Positions 46,139 through 53,978 of a DNA stretch of 64,000 nt are shown here, piece by piece. Origin of the DNA: Minisyncoccota bacterium. GTDB lineage: Bacteria > Patescibacteriota > Minisyncoccia > Phycocordibacterales > SBAW01. The position numbers were made by a program, and so were the translations under genes. How positions within the stretch are numbered: position 1 is the stretch's first letter; every line of letters begins with the position of its first letter. Below the pieces are notes generated by a model. That model was not told where the DNA came from. It saw nothing but the letters and a program-made list of their open reading frames with translations, and searched no databases. The stretch covers positions 182,177-246,176 of the forward strand of contig DASZSF010000005.1 of the NCBI GenBank assembly GCA_035548815.1, in the 5' to 3' direction.

Positions 46139-46552
46139 ATGAAACGCTCTACAGCAACCCTCATAGTTATAGCAGTCCTCGGCGGTCTGCTTGCGTGCGT
46201 TATATATTCTGGGAAAGTCACTCACCTTCTTCGACAGAATACTTTTTTTGCTGCAGTTGGGACGGCGCAATCAGTAAAAACAGTCGCAGGTGTTAAGGCT
46301 GCTGTGCAGGCTCATGTACCGGCAGGTATTTCAATGATATTTGGAGCAACCAGCATGGAAGATATATATGCGCTTCAAGTGTGGGGCGCTGACGACATGG
46401 GGGGAGAAGCGCTTTTGATGTACGACAGCACAAACAATGAGTGGAATTTCGTGTCGTGGGGCGGCGGAGCCTGGAGCGCAGAAGGCCTCACGCGGTCAGA
46501 AGGAGTGCCACAAGACACAGCAGAGGCGCTGCTCGGCGGGCTGCCCAACTAA
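46139..46552 (+). CDS. Membrane-anchored/exported protein, candidate immunity protein
   Basis: N-terminal hydrophobic segment ending LLAC; starts 1 nt after the pilin-hydrolase stop. Confidence 0.55.
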   Translation: MKRSTATLIVIAVLGGLLACVIYSGKVTHLLRQNTFFAAVGTAQSVKTVAGVKAAVQAHVPAGISMIFGATSMEDIYALQVWGADDMGGEALLMYDSTNNEWNFVSWGGGAWSAEGLTRSEGVPQDTAEALLGGLPN

Positions 46553-46555
46553 TGT

Positions 46556-47632
46556 ATGAAGCGACTCATTCCATCGCGCACAACGCTCATCTCCGCCGGA
46601 GTATTCTTCTTTGGCGTGCCGCTCTATGTGTGGGCGGCGCAAACTGGGCTGGTTCCATGCGGCACTGCCAGCTTTACCGGTTTGTATGATTCTAATTACT
46701 ATTTGCAGGCAACCAATTGCAATCTGTGCTACTTTGCACAGCTGATTCAAAATATCGTCAACTTTTTGCTCATGGTCACCATTCCGATTTCGGTGGCGAT
46801 GTTTGCTTGGGCAGGCTTCAAATATCTTACAGCGGGCGGGGATGTAAAGAGAATAAGCCGCGCACATAATATTTTTTCTTCCGTATTTATCGGTTTTTGC
46901 ATCGCGCTCGGTGCATGGCTGTTTGTGCAGGTTGTTTTGCAAGCAGTCACAAGCAGCAACTATTTGCCCAGCAGCTTTTTTAACTTGAGCTCCTGCAGCC
47001 AGCAAAATGACATACGCCGGCGTGATGAAGCGCTAAGTACTGTATTGAGCGGGAATGGCCTTGCACCAACTGTTACAGGAGCGCCCTCAAGTGGTGGCGG
47101 AGTATTCTGTCCGAGCGGGTATGAGCTTTACCTTGGTTCTTGTTACAACCCTACGACGAACGATATTGTTAGCGCAACGATCGGTTCTTCTGCTGCGAGC
47201 ACAAGAGGTCGTGTCGTAATTACTAACCCGGATGGCACGCAGACCGAGATGATCGACGGCTCACCTTCGTGGCGAAGAAACAATCCGGGAAATATGATAG
47301 CAGGGGCTGGCCAGTACCAGCCGATAGGAATGGATGGAGGATTCGCAGTCTTTGCGAGCTACGAGGACGGGTTCAACGCAATGCTCGCAAACCTTAAAAG
47401 CCCTCTATACCAAAATGGCAACATGACGATAGCAGCTGCTCTCTATAGATGGGCGCCACCCATTCCAGGGTCAGGAAATGACCCTGTTAAATATGCAGCG
47501 TTCGTACAAAGCACAACAGGAATCCCTTCAAGCACAGTAATAAATAACCTCACCCAGGAACAGCTTGTTGCAGTGGCAACAGCGATGCGCACACAAGAAG
47601 GTTGGAGTGTTGGGAGGACAATTTCCCGCTAA
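46556..47632 (+). CDS. Pilin fused to C-terminal lysozyme-like domain
   Basis: Same pilin core; C-terminus WRRNNPGNM..FASYEDGFNAM..LYRWAPP..NDPVKY..MRTQEGW, as in phage-virion lysozyme-like proteins. Confidence 0.78.
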   Translation: MKRLIPSRTTLISAGVFFFGVPLYVWAAQTGLVPCGTASFTGLYDSNYYLQATNCNLCYFAQLIQNIVNFLLMVTIPISVAMFAWAGFKYLTAGGDVKRISRAHNIFSSVFIGFCIALGAWLFVQVVLQAVTSSNYLPSSFFNLSSCSQQNDIRRRDEALSTVLSGNGLAPTVTGAPSSGGGVFCPSGYELYLGSCYNPTTNDIVSATIGSSAASTRGRVVITNPDGTQTEMIDGSPSWRRNNPGNMIAGAGQYQPIGMDGGFAVFASYEDGFNAMLANLKSPLYQNGNMTIAAALYRWAPPIPGSGNDPVKYAAFVQSTTGIPSSTVINNLTQEQLVAVATAMRTQEGWSVGRTISR

Positions 47633-47642
47633 TTCGTTACGT

Positions 47643-48236
47643 TTATTTCTTGGTCTTTACGGTCAGCGTGCCCTGCGTAAGAAGTGTTCGCACATCGCGA
47701 GCAATGTTTTCATCCGTCTGTGGATAGTAGATTGTGTCGAAATATATGCCGACGGTGTAGGTGCCGTCTGGCAATGAGTTTGCGACTTTACTAGAGAATG
47801 TGCCGTAGCTTAATTGGCCTTGAGACAATCCAGACAACATGACACTGCCGCCGTGGTCGCTGCGGTCGCTCCACACCACGTTAGGTATAGAAGCACTAAG
47901 CGCTGTGGTTAGCGGAAGGTCGCCTGTTGCGACGACCACTTCAAGGCCGTATGCATTTGTATATGTGCCGGTTATTGTTGGTTTGGACGACGTAGCATTA
48001 AGTGAGTTCTGATCTATGTTTGCAGTGGCTGTGATTTGAACATCAGTGTTTGTTTGCGTCCCTGAGGGTACTGACGAAGTAACATTATTGGGCTCGTTTT
48101 GAGAGGTCGGTGGGGTATTTGAAGGAGTGTTTGACCCCTGTGTTTTTTGCCAAAAATAGTAGGCCAGCCCGGCAATAACCACTACGCCAACTGCCCCAAA
48201 AATGATGAAAGGCCATGGTGACTTTTGTTCCGGCAT
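47643..48236 (-). CDS. Single-TM exported protein with Ser/Thr/Pro linker and beta-rich domain
   Basis: TM helix, NTPSNTPPTS linker, SSKPTITGT..LPDGTYTVGIY. Confidence 0.7.
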   Translation of the reverse strand: MPEQKSPWPFIIFGAVGVVVIAGLAYYFWQKTQGSNTPSNTPPTSQNEPNNVTSSVPSGTQTNTDVQITATANIDQNSLNATSSKPTITGTYTNAYGLEVVVATGDLPLTTALSASIPNVVWSDRSDHGGSVMLSGLSQGQLSYGTFSSKVANSLPDGTYTVGIYFDTIYYPQTDENIARDVRTLLTQGTLTVKTKK

Positions 48237-48310
48237 CTTGGTTTGTATGTTACCATGCCTTTTAATCGGGCCTTTTGACGGGCTCCACAAGCTCTGCTAT
48301 AGTGCTCTGC

Positions 48311-48469
48311 ATGTCACAGGACAGACTCATAAAGCTCGCCTGCAGCAAGTGCAAGCGTATAAACTACTGGTCCTCCAAGAATAAGAAGCTGGTGGAGCGC
48401 AAGATCGAACTCAAAAAGTATTGCAAATGGTGCAAAGCTTCTACGGTTCACAAGGAAGCAAAGAAGTAA
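48311..48469 (+). CDS. rpmG: 50S ribosomal protein L33 (Zn-binding form)
   Basis: LACSKCKRINY..KNKK..IELKKYCKWC..HKE. Confidence 0.96.
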   Translation: MSQDRLIKLACSKCKRINYWSSKNKKLVERKIELKKYCKWCKASTVHKEAKK

Positions 48470-48546
48470 TAGAGCGCTCCCGTCTGGGGGCGTTTTATTG
48501 TAGACTGGTCGATGTGGGCTTGCGTGAGCTAAGTTCACGAGTCGAA

Positions 48547-48617
48547 GGGCGCTTAGTTTAGTGGTAGAACAACGGTCTCCAAAACCGTTAGTGGGGGTTC
48601 GATTCCCTCAGCGCCCG
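48547..48617 (+). tRNA. tRNA-Trp(CCA)
   Basis: acggt-ctCCAaa-accgt. Confidence 0.94.
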
Positions 48618-48729
48618 CCTAAAGCAAAAAGTATCGGAGGTATGCTGACGCATCTCTTGGGTATTTGACAGTATATAGAGAATATGTCACTGTTAAGTTC
48701 GAACTTAGCACACAGACAGGGAGAGTAAG

Positions 48730-49176
48730 ATGCATTTTGCAGGTGTGGCGTTTCTCAACTTTGGGCCGGATCTCGAGGGCTGCATCATGAAAGCGGCGAC
48801 CGAGACCCTGATCCCGGTCCTCGAGCGTTTTCGTCAGCACTACGGGGCCAGCCCGAGGGAGCTCATCCTCCTGGAAGGCATGATCAAGATCGGCCTCGGC
48901 AAGTCACCCGAGACCCAGAAGTGGATTTCGGAAGACTGCACGGTCATCCACCTTCGGCTCTTCGCGGAGCTTGGTGGCACCGGCCGCGACAGACCAGAGC
49001 TTCAGAGTGGGATCAATCGCCTGATCGCCGAAGTCCTCGGCGCCGACCAGTCCTTCAGCGTCCAGCTCGGAGAGCCGACAGTGAAGTGGCAGATACCGGA
49101 TCCGGAAGGATTCTTCCCTGACAACTGGATTGGTCTCTCCAACGACCATGTCCGCGCACAATCGACGATTGCCTAA
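48730..49176 (+). CDS. Hypothetical protein (orphan cassette)
   Basis: TTGACA 48665-48670, GGGAG SD, GC3-rich codons, downstream terminator. Confidence 0.7.
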   Translation: MHFAGVAFLNFGPDLEGCIMKAATETLIPVLERFRQHYGASPRELILLEGMIKIGLGKSPETQKWISEDCTVIHLRLFAELGGTGRDRPELQSGINRLIAEVLGADQSFSVQLGEPTVKWQIPDPEGFFPDNWIGLSNDHVRAQSTIA

Positions 49177-49211
49177 TACCGGAAGTAAGTATTTGGCATC
49201 GTCGGAAATCA

Positions 49212-49241
49212 AAGGGTCATCCGCAAGGATGGCTCTTTTTT
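49212..49241 (+). terminator. Intrinsic terminator
   Basis: agggtcatcc-gcaa-ggatggctct followed by U tract. Confidence 0.75.
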
Positions 49242-49419
49242 ATTCCAAATCGGGAAAAACATCTCTGCTGCTGAGGCCTCATAGTCTCTAATGAAAGTTC
49301 GTTAAAATGAGCTTGTGGGGCAATGACCTGCGGGTACTAACTGCGGACGGCCCGCCACGAGCGAAAAATTAAAAAAGAAAACGCGATGCGGACCCGGGAG
49401 GGTGCACATCGCGCTTGTT

Positions 49420-50538
49420 TCAAAGTCGGATTCTCTCGTAGTTTGGCCGAGGATTCGGCGAGAACACGAACTGGCCCACGTCGACCTTGCCCGACATGAA
49501 GCCGGCCATGCATGTTGAGAGATAGTACACGAACATGCGGTAGAACCGCTCGCCATATTTCCTCATGATCTCCAGCCGGTTGTCCATGAGATTCTGCCGC
49601 CAGGCGGCAAGCGTTCTCACGTAGTCGGCGCCGAAGAATTCCTTGTCCAAGATGTAGAACAGCCCGTCGACGGCCTCTTCAAGCTGCTCGACGAGCGGAA
49701 GCTGGCTGTTGGGGAAGATGTGCTTCTCGAGCCAGGTGTTCATAGCCCACCCTGGATCGCGAGCGACGATACATTGCAGCGCAAAGATGCCGCTGCTTTC
49801 CTTGAGCCACTCCGCCGCCTTCCTAAAGTACTCGCGATAGTGCTTGGGGCCGACATGCTCGATCATGCAGATCGACACGACGGCATCAGCCTTGCCCGAG
49901 TACTGGCGGTAGTCCTGGAGCCGGAACTCCACGTGCGGGCTGTGCACATGGCCGTAGTGTTCGTTGGCGTACGCGCACTGCTCGGGCGAGATTGTCAGTC
50001 CAACGCCGTTGGCATGATATTTCTCGCTAGCCTGGCCCAGGAACGGTCCCCAGCCAGAACCGATGTCGACGACAGTCCAGCCGGGTTTGAGTTCGGCCTT
50101 GCGGCAGAGAAGGTCGGCCTTCTGCCGCTGTGCCTCCTCGAGGGTCGAAACGCCGTCGAAGCGCGCACACGTGTAGAAGAAGCTCGGCCCGAGCATCATC
50201 CGGTAGAATTCAGGGCTTTCGTCGTAGTGGACGCGAGCGACCTTCTTGGAACGCTCGAGGGTCTGGACGTCGAGCACGCCGAAACGCAGCTTCCTCCAAA
50301 GGCGGTCAAACCTCGGGAAGTGCCGGTAGGCTCGGGACTGGACGATGCGAAGGAGAAACCCTTCGATATCCGTGCAGCCCCACCAACCCTCGATGAACGC
50401 ATCGCCTAGGCCAACGGCGCCTCGGAGCGCCACTCCCCGATAGAATCGATCATCGTAGATTTGGGGGTCCCACGGACGTCCACCGTCCGGGATGATGTCA
50501 GCCCTGCGGAACAGGGCGGTCAAGATGGACTTAAACAT
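49420..50538 (-). CDS. cfa: Cyclopropane-fatty-acyl-phospholipid synthase
   Basis: GLGDAFIEGWW, HYD, YTCA, LEEAQRQK, VDIGSGWG, MIEHVG, KHIFP, DYVRTLAAW. Confidence 0.92.
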   Translation of the reverse strand: MFKSILTALFRRADIIPDGGRPWDPQIYDDRFYRGVALRGAVGLGDAFIEGWWGCTDIEGFLLRIVQSRAYRHFPRFDRLWRKLRFGVLDVQTLERSKKVARVHYDESPEFYRMMLGPSFFYTCARFDGVSTLEEAQRQKADLLCRKAELKPGWTVVDIGSGWGPFLGQASEKYHANGVGLTISPEQCAYANEHYGHVHSPHVEFRLQDYRQYSGKADAVVSICMIEHVGPKHYREYFRKAAEWLKESSGIFALQCIVARDPGWAMNTWLEKHIFPNSQLPLVEQLEEAVDGLFYILDKEFFGADYVRTLAAWRQNLMDNRLEIMRKYGERFYRMFVYYLSTCMAGFMSGKVDVGQFVFSPNPRPNYERIRL

Positions 50539-50655
50539 GGTGTAAAGGTCCTTTCAGTACCTGTGTGGATCTACCCAAGAAACTATCATAGACAAGATGT
50601 TTTTTCTACTGTCCGATATTATCTTTTCATCATCTGTTTGAGGTACACTAGTTTG

Positions 50656-52005
50656 GTGACTCAAGACCTGGCATTCGAAATATTGAAGACAGGTGCGAAT
50701 GTTTTCCTAACGGGAGAACCGGGAGCGGGCAAAACGCATACCATAAACCGCTACATTGCGTACTTGCGCGAGCAGGGCATTGAACCTGCGGTGTGTGCAT
50801 CGACCGGGATTGCCGCAACGCACATCGGCGGGTACACCATCCACTCGTGGAGCGGCATTGGCGTAAAACCGCACCTGACTGAATATGACTTGGACCAAAT
50901 TGCACAGAAAGAAAAGGTCGTAAAACGTGTGCGACTGGCAAAAGTTTTAATCATCGATGAAATTTCGATGCTCTCTGCCGACACGCTCGACATGGTCGAC
51001 CTGGTGATGAGGACACTCCGCGGACGGGAAGAAGCCTTTGGCGGCGTGCAAGTGATTTTTGTCGGCGACTTCTTCCAGCTTCCACCTGTCGTTAAAGCTG
51101 TGCAAAGCGACACACTTGAAATTTCCTATGACGAGCCGCGTTCACCATTCGCATTCCACGCAAAGAGCTGGAAGGATGCAAACCTTCTCCCGTGCTATTT
51201 AGAAGAACAGCACCGTCAGGAAGACGATGAGTTTTTGCTCATACTTTCTGCGATGCGCCGCGGCGATGTGCCAACCGCATTGCGCAAAAAGTTGGAAAGC
51301 CGCGTAGGCGAGCCGCCGGCAAAAAATATCCATACAAAGTTATTCCCGCACAATGCCAATGTCGACCGTCTGAACGATGCTGAATTGCAAAAAATTCCTG
51401 GCCTCCCGCGCCGCTACGACATGCGCTCAAAAGGCGCTCCCCCACTTGTGGAAGCACTCAAACGCAACTGCCTTTCGCCTGAAACACTGTTGCTCAAAGT
51501 TGGCGCGAAGATAATGTTCACTAAAAATGACCCTGAGGGCGAATACTACAATGGCACGCTCGGCGAAGTGCGCGAGTTTTCCAAACTAAGCGGCAACCCG
51601 ATAGTAAAGCTCAAGGCAGGCGGGATTATAGAAGTTGAAAGCGTTGAATGGGCCGTGCAGGACGGCCACAAAAAGCTGGCTACGATAGAACAGCTGCCGC
51701 TGCGACTCGCGTGGGCTATTACCGTGCATAAAAGCCAGGGCATGTCGCTCGACTCAGCTGTCATCGATTTAAGCCAAGCCTTTGAATATGGGCAGGGATA
51801 TGTGGCGCTTTCGCGTGTTCGCACGCTTGATGGATTACATTTGCTCGGGTTCAACGAACGGGCGCTCGAAGTGCATCCAGAAGTCTTGGAACGGGACATG
51901 GCCTTTCGCGAACAGTCAGAGGCTGCCGCAGATGCGTTTACTGCAATGGACCAGAAAGAATTGGATGAGATGCACGAGCGATTTATCCGCGCGGCGCTCG
52001 TATAA
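50656..52005 (+). CDS. PIF1-family 5'-3' DNA helicase
   Basis: LTGEPGAGKT, IIDEISM, GDFFQLPPV, QLPLRLAWAITVHKSQG, GQGYVALSR. Confidence 0.92.
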   Translation: MTQDLAFEILKTGANVFLTGEPGAGKTHTINRYIAYLREQGIEPAVCASTGIAATHIGGYTIHSWSGIGVKPHLTEYDLDQIAQKEKVVKRVRLAKVLIIDEISMLSADTLDMVDLVMRTLRGREEAFGGVQVIFVGDFFQLPPVVKAVQSDTLEISYDEPRSPFAFHAKSWKDANLLPCYLEEQHRQEDDEFLLILSAMRRGDVPTALRKKLESRVGEPPAKNIHTKLFPHNANVDRLNDAELQKIPGLPRRYDMRSKGAPPLVEALKRNCLSPETLLLKVGAKIMFTKNDPEGEYYNGTLGEVREFSKLSGNPIVKLKAGGIIEVESVEWAVQDGHKKLATIEQLPLRLAWAITVHKSQGMSLDSAVIDLSQAFEYGQGYVALSRVRTLDGLHLLGFNERALEVHPEVLERDMAFREQSEAAADAFTAMDQKELDEMHERFIRAALV

Positions 52006-52873
52006 ATTCTCTCGCTAATGCAAGTGCCACCGATTTATTTTTGACCCAGTGAATGTCTCTGCGGCGCTTAAACCAGCGCATCTGACGTTTAACGTAGCCA
52101 AGTTCTGACCGGATAAGTTGCTCGGTAAGTTCTGTTTTAGAAATTTTGTTATCCAAATACGCGAGCAGGGGAATAAGTTCAAACCCAAGTGCCGCAATAT
52201 GTTTTTTTGAAAGAATAGATTTGAGCTTTTTCGCTTCGGCAATCATTTTGTTCAAACGAGTGACGACGCCCGTGCGAATTGCACGTTCGTGGATTTTTTG
52301 GCTTGGTTTGAGTCCGAGCCACAAAACATCGTATGCAGGATTGTAGGTACGTTCGGGCACTCTGCCGAGCGCTTTCGCTATTTCAATAGCACGAACCAAT
52401 CGAGCCGGATTATGTTTATCAATGCGCTCTGCTGTTTTTGGATCAAGTTTTGTAAGTTGTGCAAAAAGCTGTGCAGGAGTCTTTTTCGCAAGTTGGGCGC
52501 GCAGAGTTTTGTTGGGCGGGACTTCGGGGAGTTCCAAACCTCGAAGCAGTGAATCTGCATAAAAACCCGTGCCGCCAACGACTATAGGAATGATAAAATC
52601 TTTCTCAAGTTTCGATATAATTTTGTCTGCAGCTTTTTTAAACTCGCCGGCGCTATAGAGGCGCTTGGGCGAGGCAAATTGGAGCAGGTGATGGGGGATG
52701 CCAGCACGCTCCTTCTTACTCGGGACGCGCGCAATAGCATCCAAGCCTTTATATATTTGCCGCGAGTCTGCTGAAATAACTTCGCCGTTTAATTTGTGCG
52801 CCAAAAAAATCCCCAACGCAGTCTTGCCCGACGCTGTCGGCCCCACAACTGCTATGACTTTTGGCTTTGCCAT
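51983..52873 (-). CDS. miaA: tRNA dimethylallyltransferase
   Basis: GPTASGKT, SADSRQIYKG, VGGTGFY, YVKRQMRWF. Confidence 0.95.
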   Translation of the reverse strand: MAKPKVIAVVGPTASGKTALGIFLAHKLNGEVISADSRQIYKGLDAIARVPSKKERAGIPHHLLQFASPKRLYSAGEFKKAADKIISKLEKDFIIPIVVGGTGFYADSLLRGLELPEVPPNKTLRAQLAKKTPAQLFAQLTKLDPKTAERIDKHNPARLVRAIEIAKALGRVPERTYNPAYDVLWLGLKPSQKIHERAIRTGVVTRLNKMIAEAKKLKSILSKKHIAALGFELIPLLAYLDNKISKTELTEQLIRSELGYVKRQMRWFKRRRDIHWVKNKSVALALAREFIRAPRG

Positions 52874-52908
52874 ATCAAACTTGTACACCCCATTAATAAA
52901 AAAGAAAA

Positions 52909-52929
52909 GCGGCCGTGTGGGACGGCCGC
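52909..52929 (-). terminator. pyrF terminator
   Basis: gcggccgt..acggccgc followed by long U tract on minus strand. Confidence 0.7.
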
Positions 52930-52937
52930 CATGGCAA

Positions 52938-53774
52938 TTAGAGCGTTGCAAGGACGCGGTTGATATCGGTGTGAATTTTCTTCGCCTCGGATTTGGGGTC
53001 AGAAGCGAAGATGATGCTGCTGCCGACGTTGATGACCAATCCGCGCCGGCTGCTATTCATGCCGTTCTTCACGGCTTGGTCGAGATCACCGCCCTGCGTA
53101 CCGATGCCCGGCAGCAAGATCTGCATGGCGCCCACGATGCTGCGTACGAACGAGAGTTCTTCGGGAGCGGTCGCTCCGACGACCACACCGCAGTTGCTGT
53201 ATTTGGCATTCCATTCCTGCGCGTCCCACGCCACCTGCTGGTAGAGCGGACGCGCGTTGCTCCACGGTTCACCCGCTTTGAAGGTCAGCAGATCCTGATA
53301 CTTGCCGGCGCCTGGGTTGCTCGTCCGACACAGGACGAAGATGGTCCGGTCCGGATATTTCTTGAAGAGCGGCTCGAGCGAGTCGTCGCCCAAGTAAGCG
53401 TTGGCGGTCATGGCGTCCGCCCCGAGCATGTCGAAGGCGAACTCCGCGTACTGCTCGGCGCTTATGGCGATATCGCCCGACTTGCAGTCGAGGATGATCG
53501 GCATGTCGGGGTAGGTGTGCTTGAAATGCTTGCACAGCATCTCGAGTTGATTAATCCCGTAGCTCCCTTGTGACAGGAAGTAACCCAGGTTGGACTTAAA
53601 TGCGGCGATATATTCGGCAGCACTGGACGCGCGTGCACGGCAGAACTTCAGAAGACCGTACGGACGGTCGTTCCTATATTGGTCAGGCATTCGATCTTGT
53701 TTCGGATCCAGCCCGAGGCAGAAGCGCCCACCAGCGTCCCAGCGGTGATTCCATTTGGCGTCGAACAACGTCAT
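52938..53774 (-). CDS. pyrF: Orotidine-5'-phosphate decarboxylase
   Basis: CLGLDP, ILDCKSGDI, LCRTSNPG, VVGAT, LLPGIGTQGG. Confidence 0.95.
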   Translation of the reverse strand: MTLFDAKWNHRWDAGGRFCLGLDPKQDRMPDQYRNDRPYGLLKFCRARASSAAEYIAAFKSNLGYFLSQGSYGINQLEMLCKHFKHTYPDMPIILDCKSGDIAISAEQYAEFAFDMLGADAMTANAYLGDDSLEPLFKKYPDRTIFVLCRTSNPGAGKYQDLLTFKAGEPWSNARPLYQQVAWDAQEWNAKYSNCGVVVGATAPEELSFVRSIVGAMQILLPGIGTQGGDLDQAVKNGMNSSRRGLVINVGSSIIFASDPKSEAKKIHTDINRVLATL

Positions 53775-53847
53775 GGGTTTTGCTCCCCCTTGAGTCGGAC
53801 AAGAGCGTCCGAGGCCACTATACCGACCTTTTAAAAAGCGAACAATG

Positions 53848-53934
53848 TGGTGCCGGGAGGGAGAATCGAACTCCCATGATGTTGCCATCGCGGGATTTTG
53901 AGTCCCGTGCGTCTACCAATTCCGCCATCCCGGC
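53848..53934 (-). tRNA. tRNA-Leu(CAA)
   Basis: cggga-ctCAAaa-tcccg, CCA. Confidence 0.95.
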
Positions 53935-53978
53935 TTATGCACCTCAAATACGAGGCTAGCTATGCTAGAATATCGCTA

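Noticed and set aside
49261-49300. Hammerhead or HDV-like ribozyme
   Set aside because: ctgctga is not CTGANGA and the required stems could not be formed by eye.
50461-50655. N-terminal extensions in the ORF track (pif1; likewise lepB, purM, pyrF, parB, DUF4446-like, pilin at 45112)
   Set aside because: They overlap neighbouring genes or tRNAs; better starts lie next to -10 boxes or SD sites.
52698-53573. 291-aa plus-strand ORF
   Set aside because: Antisense to pyrF and miaA; expected with GC3-rich codons.
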